Assembly (NCBI GenBank): GCA_002340265.1
Contig: DDLT01000280.1
Location: forward strand, 1-45,086
Length of the DNA: 45,086 bases
Direction of reading: 5' to 3'
From: Lentisphaeria bacterium UBA2565
Lineage (GTDB): Bacteria > Verrucomicrobiota > Lentisphaeria > UBA2565
In this document: positions 34,189 to 42,298 of the stretch, in pieces
Numbering within the stretch: the stretch's first letter is position 1
Layout of the letters: every line of letters starts with the position of its first letter
Made by a program: the position numbers and the translations under genes
Notes under the pieces: generated by a model
What the model saw: the letters and a program-made list of their open reading frames with translations, nothing else
Databases searched by the model: none
What the model was told of the DNA's origin: nothing

Positions 34189-36639
34189 ATGGACAGAAAT
34201 GAACTAAAAGAAAGAATCAAAAAAGACTTTGTGAAAAGCCTTACTCTGACTCTTGCAAAACGAATGGACAAAGCCTCTGACCTTGATAAGTACAAGGCAT
34301 TGGCACTAAGTATCAGAAATCTGATGGTTGAGAAGTGGATTGCAACTCAGGTGGCTTACGAAGATGTTGAACCGCGTTCGGTTTACTATCTTTCTCTTGA
34401 ATACCTGATGGGTAGAACGCTTGGTAATGCAATGATTAACCTTGAAGTTTTTGATGTGGCGAAAGAGGCAATGTCTGAACTTGGTTTTGAAATTGATGAT
34501 CTTCGTGATGAAGAGGTTGATGCAGGACTCGGTAATGGTGGTCTTGGACGACTTGCAGCCTGTTTCCTAGATTCGATGGCAACACTTGAACTTCCTGCTC
34601 TGGGTTACGGAATTCGTTATGACTATGGTATTTTTGAGCAGAAAATTGTCGATGGTTATCAGGTGGAAGAACCGGATAACTGGCTTCGTAACGGAAATGT
34701 ATGGGAAGTGTCGCGTCCTGAGCGTGCACGCGTGGTGAAGTTCTATGGCCACACTGAATGCATCCGTGCCTGTTCTAACGCCGACAAAAAAGAGTGGGTT
34801 AATACCGAAGACGTGTTGGCAATGCCTTATGATACACCGATTCCGGGATTCAGAACAAATAATGTAAATACCATGCGTTTGTGGTCGGCTCGTTCACTTT
34901 ACGGTTTCAACCTTCAACAGTTTAACGTCGGCGATTACCTGAATGCGAATATTCAGTCTTCAATGACCGAAAACATTACTAAAGTTCTATACCCGAATGA
35001 TAATAATTACGAAGGTAAAGAGCTTCGTCTGAAACAGCAGTATTTCCTAGTCTCCGCGACATTGCAGGATGTGGTTGATCGTCACAAAAAACGCACCGGC
35101 GGTGTAATGACTGATTTCCACGAAAAAGCGGCAATTCAGCTGAATGATACACATCCGTCTCTGGCTGTTCCTGAACTAATGCGTATTCTGATTGATGAAG
35201 AGGATATGACTTGGGATGAAGCTTGGGCGATTTGTACAAAAACATTTGCGTATACCAACCACACGCTAATGTCCGAAGCGCTGGAAACTTGGTCGGTATC
35301 TCTTCTTAGTAAATTGATTCCGCGTATTATGGAGATCATTTATGCAATCAATGCTCATCACCTTCGTGCGGTTGCAAATCGTTATCCAGGCGATGCTGAA
35401 AAACTCGGTAGAATGTCACTGATTGAGGAAGGACATGACAAAAAAGTTCGTATGGCGTATATGTCAATTATTGCATCTCACCATGTGAATGGTGTGGCGG
35501 CTCTGCATACCGAGCTGTTAAAACACGGTCTTTTCGAAGATTTCTTTGAACTTTCTCCGGAGAAGTTTATCAACATGACTAATGGTATCACACCTCGTCG
35601 TTGGTTGCGTAAAGCAAACATGGGCTTGTCGGCACTGATTTCAGACAAAATCGGTGATGCTTGGATTAAAGATCTTTCTCATATCAAAGAGATTGAGAAG
35701 TTTGCCGACGATGCGGAATTCCGTAAAGATTTCCGTCGAATCAAACATGAAAATAAAGAAGAGCTGGCAAAATATATTCTTGAGCATAACGGCGTAAAAG
35801 TGAATCCTGATTCAATCTTTGATGTTCAGGTGAAACGTCTTCATGAGTACAAACGTCAGCTTCTGAATATTCTTCATGCAGTGGCGCTTTATCTTGATAT
35901 TAAAGACAATCCTGAAAAAGAGTTTACTCCGAGAACTATTATTTTCGGTGCGAAAGCGGCTCCGGGTTATCACATGGCAAAACTTATTATCAAGTTCATC
36001 AATGCGGTGGCTGATGTGGTTAACAACGACGCGGATATCGGTGACAAGCTGAAAGTTGTTTTCCTTGCTAACTATCGCGTGTCTCTCGCGGAAAAAATTA
36101 TTCCTGCATCTGATCTTTCCGAACAGATTTCTCAAGCCGGAACTGAGGCTTCGGGAACAGGTAATATGAAGTTTGCCCTTAACGGTGCGTTGACAATCGG
36201 TACAATGGACGGTGCAAACGTGGAAATTCACGAACAGGTTGGGGAAGACAATATCTTTATCTTCGGTCTGACTGTGGATCAGGTTCACGAGCTTCAGCGT
36301 AAAGGTTATCATGCCGCAGAATACATTCACCGTTCACCACGCCTGCAACGTATTATGCATCTGATTGAAACTGGTTTCTTCTGCCAGGATCAGGACTGCA
36401 GATTCAAGCCGATCATCGACACATTGAAACACGATACCTATATGCTGTGCGCAGACTTCGAGTCTTACTACGAAGCCCAGCAGAAAGTAAGTGAACTTTT
36501 CCGTGATCAGGAAGAATGGTCACGCAAAGCGATTATCAATATGGCAAATATGGGCACATTCTCAAGCGACCGTACAATCAGTCAATACGCGAGCGAAATT
36601 TGGGATATCAAACCATTTGACGTAGAAAAAGAGGGATAA
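34189..36639 (+). CDS. glgP: Glycogen/starch phosphorylase
   Basis: GLGNGGLGRLAACFLDS, LRLKQQYF, QLNDTHP, NGITPRRW, KRLHEYKRQ, PLP site EASGTGNMKF. Confidence 0.97.
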   Translation: MDRNELKERIKKDFVKSLTLTLAKRMDKASDLDKYKALALSIRNLMVEKWIATQVAYEDVEPRSVYYLSLEYLMGRTLGNAMINLEVFDVAKEAMSELGFEIDDLRDEEVDAGLGNGGLGRLAACFLDSMATLELPALGYGIRYDYGIFEQKIVDGYQVEEPDNWLRNGNVWEVSRPERARVVKFYGHTECIRACSNADKKEWVNTEDVLAMPYDTPIPGFRTNNVNTMRLWSARSLYGFNLQQFNVGDYLNANIQSSMTENITKVLYPNDNNYEGKELRLKQQYFLVSATLQDVVDRHKKRTGGVMTDFHEKAAIQLNDTHPSLAVPELMRILIDEEDMTWDEAWAICTKTFAYTNHTLMSEALETWSVSLLSKLIPRIMEIIYAINAHHLRAVANRYPGDAEKLGRMSLIEEGHDKKVRMAYMSIIASHHVNGVAALHTELLKHGLFEDFFELSPEKFINMTNGITPRRWLRKANMGLSALISDKIGDAWIKDLSHIKEIEKFADDAEFRKDFRRIKHENKEELAKYILEHNGVKVNPDSIFDVQVKRLHEYKRQLLNILHAVALYLDIKDNPEKEFTPRTIIFGAKAAPGYHMAKLIIKFINAVADVVNNDADIGDKLKVVFLANYRVSLAEKIIPASDLSEQISQAGTEASGTGNMKFALNGALTIGTMDGANVEIHEQVGEDNIFIFGLTVDQVHELQRKGYHAAEYIHRSPRLQRIMHLIETGFFCQDQDCRFKPIIDTLKHDTYMLCADFESYYEAQQKVSELFRDQEEWSRKAIINMANMGTFSSDRTISQYASEIWDIKPFDVEKEG

Positions 36640-36657
36640 TCCCCGACTCAATAAAAC

Positions 36658-36691
36658 AAAAAAGGTGCAGATTTCGGTCCGCACCTTTTTT
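36658..36691. terminator. Bidirectional terminator, glgP / mutarotase
   Basis: AAAAAAGGTGC...GCACCTTTTTT. Confidence 0.85.
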
Positions 36692-36714
36692 ATTGTATAA
36701 TCAAAATTTGAATT

Positions 36715-37608
36715 TTAGACCAGTTCGATAACCTGAGTCATTGTGTGGGATTCGCCAGGCTGGACATCATAGATGTCTTTTAACGCGTTGGTGGTTTCGA
36801 TACAGACCATGTTGTGATACTCTTCGTCACCGTAACCCGGAAGGCGTTTGGCTTTTTCAATCCATGGGTTCCAGATTACTGTCGATTGGCTTCCTGATTT
36901 TGATACTTTTATCAAATTGTCGAATCCCGGATCAATGATTTCACAGGTGTCTGGCGTGTTGATGTACACACGGTCGACTTCTTCTGCAAACACAATTGTG
37001 CCTTCTTGCGTAATTTCTTTCTTGTCTTGCAGGGCATCAACATAAGTGACGTTTTCCAGACCTTTAATAGAAATCTCGGAAACCTCAGAGACTGGGAAAT
37101 AGGTGTGAAGTGCGCCACCGACAGTGAACGGTTTTGTATCCAGATTACGGCTGATTAGATTGACCTCCAGTTTGTCGGATATTTTCACTTCCAGATTCAC
37201 TTCAAAAGCATAATCCCAAACCGCACTTGTGTTGTCATCATCTTTTAGGAAAAATGTGATGACGGTTTCTTTTACCGACTCTTTTACTGATTTGACATTC
37301 CAGTAACGGTTACGGACAAAACCGTGTGAAGGTTTTGACGAGTCGCTTGGGTGTGCGCCGAACCATGGCCAGCAGACTGGAATTCCACCGCGAATGGCTG
37401 TGCCTTCTTTGAAAATACACTCTTTGCTGACCCAGATAGTTTCACGTTTCCCATTTGGAATAAAGCTGGTGACATGTGCACCGTGAAGTGACACTTCGGC
37501 AGTGGCTGATTCGTTACTAATTTTTACGAAAACTAGTCCGCCTTCGCCTTTGTAAAAAGAGATGTTTCCAGTCCCGAACTCTTTATTTAAAGATTCAATC
37601 ATTTTCAA
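36715..37608 (-). CDS. D-hexose-6-phosphate mutarotase (YeaD-like)
   Basis: HGAHVTSF, AIRGGIPVCWPWFG, HGFVR, ALHTYF, EVDRVY, VIWNPW, MVCIE. Start is TTG 37608 or ATG 37602. Confidence 0.93.
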   Translation of the reverse strand: MKMIESLNKEFGTGNISFYKGEGGLVFVKISNESATAEVSLHGAHVTSFIPNGKRETIWVSKECIFKEGTAIRGGIPVCWPWFGAHPSDSSKPSHGFVRNRYWNVKSVKESVKETVITFFLKDDDNTSAVWDYAFEVNLEVKISDKLEVNLISRNLDTKPFTVGGALHTYFPVSEVSEISIKGLENVTYVDALQDKKEITQEGTIVFAEEVDRVYINTPDTCEIIDPGFDNLIKVSKSGSQSTVIWNPWIEKAKRLPGYGDEEYHNMVCIETTNALKDIYDVQPGESHTMTQVIELV

Positions 37609-37743
37609 TTCCTTGTGTAGTTTTGTTTATCGTCTCCTAAATTAGAAAGCGAAATTCGAAATGAAAATTGACTTTTCCTTTTTTTCGTATTTTGTATGGC
37701 AGGCGCATTGCCGAATTAATAATATTATAATTGGAGATTCCAA

Positions 37744-38202
37744 ATGAAAAAAGTAACTATCACAACCGCTCTCTTTATGTTTTCAACACTATTTGTTAAC
37801 CTGTTCGCACACTGCGAAATTCCATGTGGAATTTATGGTGATGAGGCGAGGGTGGCACTTATAGCCGAACATTGTGAAACTATTGAAAAGTCGATGAAAA
37901 AAATTGTGACGCTATCGGCCGAAGAAAAGATTGATCAAAATCAACTTGTTCGCTGGGTAAACAATAAAGAAGAACATTGTAAGGAAATTCAGGAAATCGT
38001 TACGCAGTATTTTATGACTCAGCGTATTAAAGTGCTGAAAGAAGATGACCCGAAGTATAAAGAAAATATGAAAAAGTTGGGACTTCTTCATAAAATGCTG
38101 GTGTATGCGATGAAGTGTAAGCAGTCCACAGATGTGAAGAATGTGGAGAAGTTAGAGAAAACTCTGGAGAAATTCAGTAAAGCTTACTTTGACAAGAAGT
38201 AG
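37744..38202 (+). CDS. sodN: Nickel superoxide dismutase precursor
   Basis: Ni-hook HCEIPCGIY directly after a signal-peptide-like leader; NQLVRWVNNKEEH, KCKQ; GGAG RBS. Confidence 0.93.
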   Translation: MKKVTITTALFMFSTLFVNLFAHCEIPCGIYGDEARVALIAEHCETIEKSMKKIVTLSAEEKIDQNQLVRWVNNKEEHCKEIQEIVTQYFMTQRIKVLKEDDPKYKENMKKLGLLHKMLVYAMKCKQSTDVKNVEKLEKTLEKFSKAYFDKK

Positions 38203-38213
38203 TGGTTTAAACG

Positions 38214-38246
38214 AAAAAAGGCAGCCTCGTGTGAGACTGCCTTTTT
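38214..38246. terminator. Bidirectional terminator, sodN / prepilin-like gene
   Basis: AAAAAAGGCAG-c-CTC-gtgt-GAG-a-CTGCCTTTTT. Confidence 0.85.
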
Positions 38247-38265
38247 AGTAAAAAATCAGCAACTA

Positions 38266-38793
38266 TTATTTCTTTGAATTACCTTTATTGCTTGACCCTC
38301 CTGTTTTCTTTGAGGATTGCACAACTAGAAAATCGTAGTGATTTCCTTGTCCAGTAAAGGCCCCGGAGTTGAGATCGCCGTCATCAATCTTTGAGTCTAA
38401 TAGTTCCATCATTTCTGTAGTGAGATCCGGCTTGAAGATCTGAACATAAATATTCGGATCGGAGTTTCCGCCGGAAGTGTGATATTTCCAACTTCCTCCA
38501 ACTGGAGGTTCTTTAGTAAAGTCCATATCTAGTACAAAATCACTCAAACTTACTCTGCTATCATCTTTCTCATTTGGATCTTTTCCTAAACCAGCATTTT
38601 GAGGTAAACTTCCTCCAGAGTTGAGCTTGTACATTCTTATGCCAAGCTGAATGGCTTCGAGTTTACGGGCTGTCAGGTTAATTTTCTCCATGTCGGACAT
38701 TTTGAACATATCGCCGCTGAACATTCCAAGAATAAGAGCAATTAGCCCGACGACAATCATCACTTCGACTAATGTGAGTTTTCTGTTTTTCAT
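38266..38793 (-). CDS. Prepilin-type N-terminal cleavage/methylation domain protein
   Basis: MKNRK-LTLVEVMIVVGLIALIL with Glu+5; C-terminal LDSKIDDGDLNSG. Confidence 0.8.
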   Translation of the reverse strand: MKNRKLTLVEVMIVVGLIALILGMFSGDMFKMSDMEKINLTARKLEAIQLGIRMYKLNSGGSLPQNAGLGKDPNEKDDSRVSLSDFVLDMDFTKEPPVGGSWKYHTSGGNSDPNIYVQIFKPDLTTEMMELLDSKIDDGDLNSGAFTGQGNHYDFLVVQSSKKTGGSSNKGNSKK

Positions 38794-39061
38794 AAATTTG
38801 ATCCAGTTGTGGTTGTTGTTTCTGATTTAAAATAGACAAAAAAAGTTAATTCGTCATATTTTTTGCGCTTCTAGAATCCGATGTGTCGTTTTTTGTGCCA
38901 TAACTGCAACAGAATCTTAAAGATGGTACAGATACAGGTTTTGAGCCGTTATGATATTTCTATAATTTTTGTAATCCTAATTTTTAAATGGTGCGATTGT
39001 TCGTATCTTTGAAAGTGATTTAACTATGTTTTGTTTTTAATTATCAAATGGATTTATTTAT

Positions 39062-41293
39062 ATGACTACACAAATTGCAATCGACAAACTGGTGAGCTCT
39101 TCTTTGGAGAACGTGGTTAGTATGATTCGAAATAGTGACGGGACGGCGACTGTTTTTACGAGAAAAGATGGCGTTTTAGCTACTCAAACTGTCAATTTTA
39201 ATAACTGGTTGCTTGTGGCAGATGATACACTTTTAAGTGGTTTTGCAGGAGAGATGGAAGTGGTGAAACTTTCAGGCAGTCAGGAGTTTTCAACACTTGC
39301 CAAATTCTCTGATGAAAAAAGTTATACTGATGCGCTTAAGTTCTTGAAAACTATTACTGGAACGAATCCATCTTCGCCGCTTGCGCCTTATAAAACAGTG
39401 TCTGATTTGGATCAACAGTTTTTTATTGACTCACAAATTCGTCTTTTCTCAGGAATGAGTTTTGATGATCTTTTGCGTATGCAGATTGATATCGAGGTTA
39501 GAACGACTTCCGGATTCTCATTTCCAAATGCAGAGCGTGAGTTTGATGCGATTATTATGATTGCAATGCGTGATAGTTCGGGTTGGGAGAAGCTGCTTTC
39601 TCTTGATGAGATTTCTGAAAAAGAGATGATTCAGCAGATGGTTGATCTAATCAATGAACGAAACCCGGATGTAATCGAAGGGCATAACCTTTTTAACTTT
39701 GACCTGCCGTATATCGAGAAACGTGCAAAACGTCATAAAGTGAAATTGAACTTTGGGCGTGACGGTTCGAAAATTAAAGGTCGCAAGTCTCGCTTTTCTG
39801 TGGCAGAACGCACGCTTGATTATACGCGTTACGATGTGGCGGGTCGCCATGTGATTGATACATTTCATTTAGTTCAACTTTATGATGTGATAAAGCGTGA
39901 ATTTGAGAACTATGGGTTGAAGTACATCGCTAAATATTTCGGTGTCGCCGCTCCGGAACGAACTTATGTGGAAGGTGATAAGATCTCGCAACTTTTTGAG
40001 GAAAACCCTGAAGAACTGAAAAAGTATGCGATGGACGATGTACGTGAAACTGATGCAATTAGTCGTATTTTATCGCAGAGCTTCTTTTACCAAACACAAA
40101 TTATTCCAATGACCTATCAGAACTGTGTCGTTCGAGGTAATGCGACCCGAATTGAGTCGATTTTTACTGCGGCTTATATCAATGCAAATCATTCGATTCC
40201 AAAAGCTGAAGCGGCTCAAAATGTGGCTGGTGGCTTGACGATGTCATTCCATGACGGTGTGTTTGATAATGTTTGGCATGCCGATGTTCGTTCGCTTTAT
40301 CCTTCGATAATTATGGCGGAGCAGATTAGTCCATCGCGCGATGAACTTGGTATTTTCCAACAGTTTCTTGGACAACTTCGTCAGTTCCGCCTTCAGGCAA
40401 AGGATGCAATGACATCTGCAGCTACTTCCGAAGAACGTGATCATTACGGTGCGTTGCAGTCGACATTTAAGATTCTGATTAACTCCTTTTACGGTTATCT
40501 AGGTTTCGGCTATGGCTCTTTTAATGACTTTGAAGCGGCTGGAAGAGTGACGGCACGCGGTCGTGAAATTTTAACATCGATGGAAAACCTGTTGACTTCA
40601 ATCGGTTCAAAGGTCATCGAAATGGATACAGATGGTCTTTATTTCCAGCCTCCACAAGATTTTACCGGCTCACAAGCAGATATGGAAGCAAAGATTCAGA
40701 CGGTGTTGCCTGAAGGAATCGAAGTGGAACTTGATGCAACTTATAAAGCGATGTTTGGTTATAAGTCTAAAAACTATGCACTTTTGCATGAAGACGGCAA
40801 AATGTCGCTGGCAGGTGCTGCGTTGAAATCACGTGGTTTGGAGAAGTTTCAACGAGACTTTATGCATGAACTTATTTTATCGCTTCTTAATTATAAAAGT
40901 TCTGAGATTCAAGAGAAATATGATCAGCTTTGTGAAGATATAAAAACTCACAAATTATCTTTGAACAATTTTGTTAAAACCGAAACTCTGGCGCGATCTG
41001 TAAAAGCTTACAAAGAGAAGTTATCAAGCGGGAAGGGCAGACGTTCTGCGGCCTATGAACTTGCTGCAAATGCAGAACAGGAGTTTCGACAGGGTGATCA
41101 GATTAAGTTTTATGTGACCGGAACGAAAAAGAAGGTTTCGGTTGTGGAGAACTCAAAGCTGTATGATGCAAAGTCCGAGCTTCGTGATGAAAATGTGGCT
41201 TATTATTTAGGCAAACTTGCCGAACTTTATAAGAAGTTTGATAAATATGTTGAAAAGAAGGAAGATGATCAGTTGACGCTTTTTGATTTTTAG
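39062..41293 (+). CDS. polB: Family B DNA polymerase (Pol II-like) with proofreading exonuclease
   Basis: ExoI DIE, ExoII HNLFNFDLPY, ExoIII YAMDD; motif A DVRSLYPS, motif B KILINSFYG, motif C DTDG; C-terminal QLTLFDF. Confidence 0.93.
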   Translation: MTTQIAIDKLVSSSLENVVSMIRNSDGTATVFTRKDGVLATQTVNFNNWLLVADDTLLSGFAGEMEVVKLSGSQEFSTLAKFSDEKSYTDALKFLKTITGTNPSSPLAPYKTVSDLDQQFFIDSQIRLFSGMSFDDLLRMQIDIEVRTTSGFSFPNAEREFDAIIMIAMRDSSGWEKLLSLDEISEKEMIQQMVDLINERNPDVIEGHNLFNFDLPYIEKRAKRHKVKLNFGRDGSKIKGRKSRFSVAERTLDYTRYDVAGRHVIDTFHLVQLYDVIKREFENYGLKYIAKYFGVAAPERTYVEGDKISQLFEENPEELKKYAMDDVRETDAISRILSQSFFYQTQIIPMTYQNCVVRGNATRIESIFTAAYINANHSIPKAEAAQNVAGGLTMSFHDGVFDNVWHADVRSLYPSIIMAEQISPSRDELGIFQQFLGQLRQFRLQAKDAMTSAATSEERDHYGALQSTFKILINSFYGYLGFGYGSFNDFEAAGRVTARGREILTSMENLLTSIGSKVIEMDTDGLYFQPPQDFTGSQADMEAKIQTVLPEGIEVELDATYKAMFGYKSKNYALLHEDGKMSLAGAALKSRGLEKFQRDFMHELILSLLNYKSSEIQEKYDQLCEDIKTHKLSLNNFVKTETLARSVKAYKEKLSSGKGRRSAAYELAANAEQEFRQGDQIKFYVTGTKKKVSVVENSKLYDAKSELRDENVAYYLGKLAELYKKFDKYVEKKEDDQLTLFDF

Positions 41294-41313
41294 TAAATCT
41301 GACCTTTCAATTT

Positions 41314-41348
41314 AAAGCTCCTTTACAGAAATGTAAGGGAGCTTTTTT
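41314..41348. terminator. Bidirectional terminator, polB / VanZ-family gene
   Basis: AAAGCTCCTTTACA-GAAA-TGTAAGGGAGCTTTTTT. Confidence 0.88.
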
Positions 41349-41751
41349 ATTTAGACTTATTCAGTTTTTCTGTAATATGTTTGTGATGATCTTTGATGAT
41401 TTCCAAACCGGCGGTTGCTAGGACAATTCCAATTATATCTGCAACAATATCCGCCATGCTGCAACTTCTCCAAGGCAGAAAGTACTGAATCAACTCCAGA
41501 GCAACTCCATAAGTCAGCAGACACAAGAACCGTTTTAGTGTAGAAAGGTGCGGATATGAAATTTGTGCAATTAAGGTGAGAAAACCGAACGCTAACACGT
41601 GGTTCACTTTGTCGCTTTTCAATGCAATATCAGGCAGATTTCCACTCTTTAGTGTCGCTACAATAGTGATGGCAACCATTGAAATCAGAAATGCGTGCTT
41701 TCGAAGTTTCTGACTGACCTGATGATTTATTAGTTTTATAAAAACTTTCAT
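41347..41751 (-). CDS. VanZ-family membrane protein
   Basis: SDKVNHVLAF, YGVALELIQYFLPWRSCSMADIVADIIG. Confidence 0.88.
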   Translation of the reverse strand: MKVFIKLINHQVSQKLRKHAFLISMVAITIVATLKSGNLPDIALKSDKVNHVLAFGFLTLIAQISYPHLSTLKRFLCLLTYGVALELIQYFLPWRSCSMADIVADIIGIVLATAGLEIIKDHHKHITEKLNKSK

Positions 41752-42298
41752 TCTCCCTCCATTCGATTAATGAATTGCTAAGATAGTTTATTAAACAGTA
41801 ATTTTTAGTTAATTACCCAATCTATTAAACAATTTAGCTGATTTGGAAATTGTAATCAGATAATTATGCAATTTTACATTTTTTTAAACTGTCTGAAATT
41901 TGAAACTCTTCCATATTTTTTAACACACCGACCTATCTGAAAAACGTTAATCTGTTAGTTGCAACTTCTTGTCTTCCAATTGTTGATTCTAATTATTCTA
42001 GAGCTTTTCCAAGCAATACTATTTTACCATAAATAGATATGTCTGATGTCTCAATTTTGAGTGTTGTTTAGCGGGTTGATTTTTTTTTGAAATCACGAGT
42101 TAAACTTTAATAAAAAGTTACGTTTAACATATATACGATCATGTCGTTTATGTGTTTTTAACATCGCGGATTATGAGACAACTGATGTTGAAATTGTTTA
42201 TTAACCATAGCATGGGAGAGTTTTATTTTATGCCGTGAGGCGAAGAAAGAGTAGGTTATTTTCTTATTACAACAACATAACTATCAAGGGGTAAAGAG

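Noticed and set aside
38881-38901. Sigma54 promoter for the pilin-like gene (TGGCAC on the minus strand)
   Set aside because: The -12 TTGC element is absent at the required spacing.
38794-39061. LexA/SOS box upstream of polB
   Set aside because: Only a half-site-like TGTTC is present; no complete palindrome matching CTGT-N8-ACAG, GAAC-N4-GTTC or TGTTC-N4-GAACA was seen.
1010-40826. Numerous 60-170 aa ORFs nested in or antisense to identified genes (e.g. 19821..20246, 29357..29785, 35812..36330)
   Set aside because: They overlap well-supported genes completely and show no recognisable motifs.
39062-41293. Prophage, casposon or pipolin marked by the family B polymerase
   Set aside because: No integrase, Cas1, structural genes or terminal repeats; it is flanked by ordinary genes and a shared terminator.
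41347-41751. Glycopeptide-resistance locus
   Set aside because: VanZ-like proteins are widespread and no other van genes are present.
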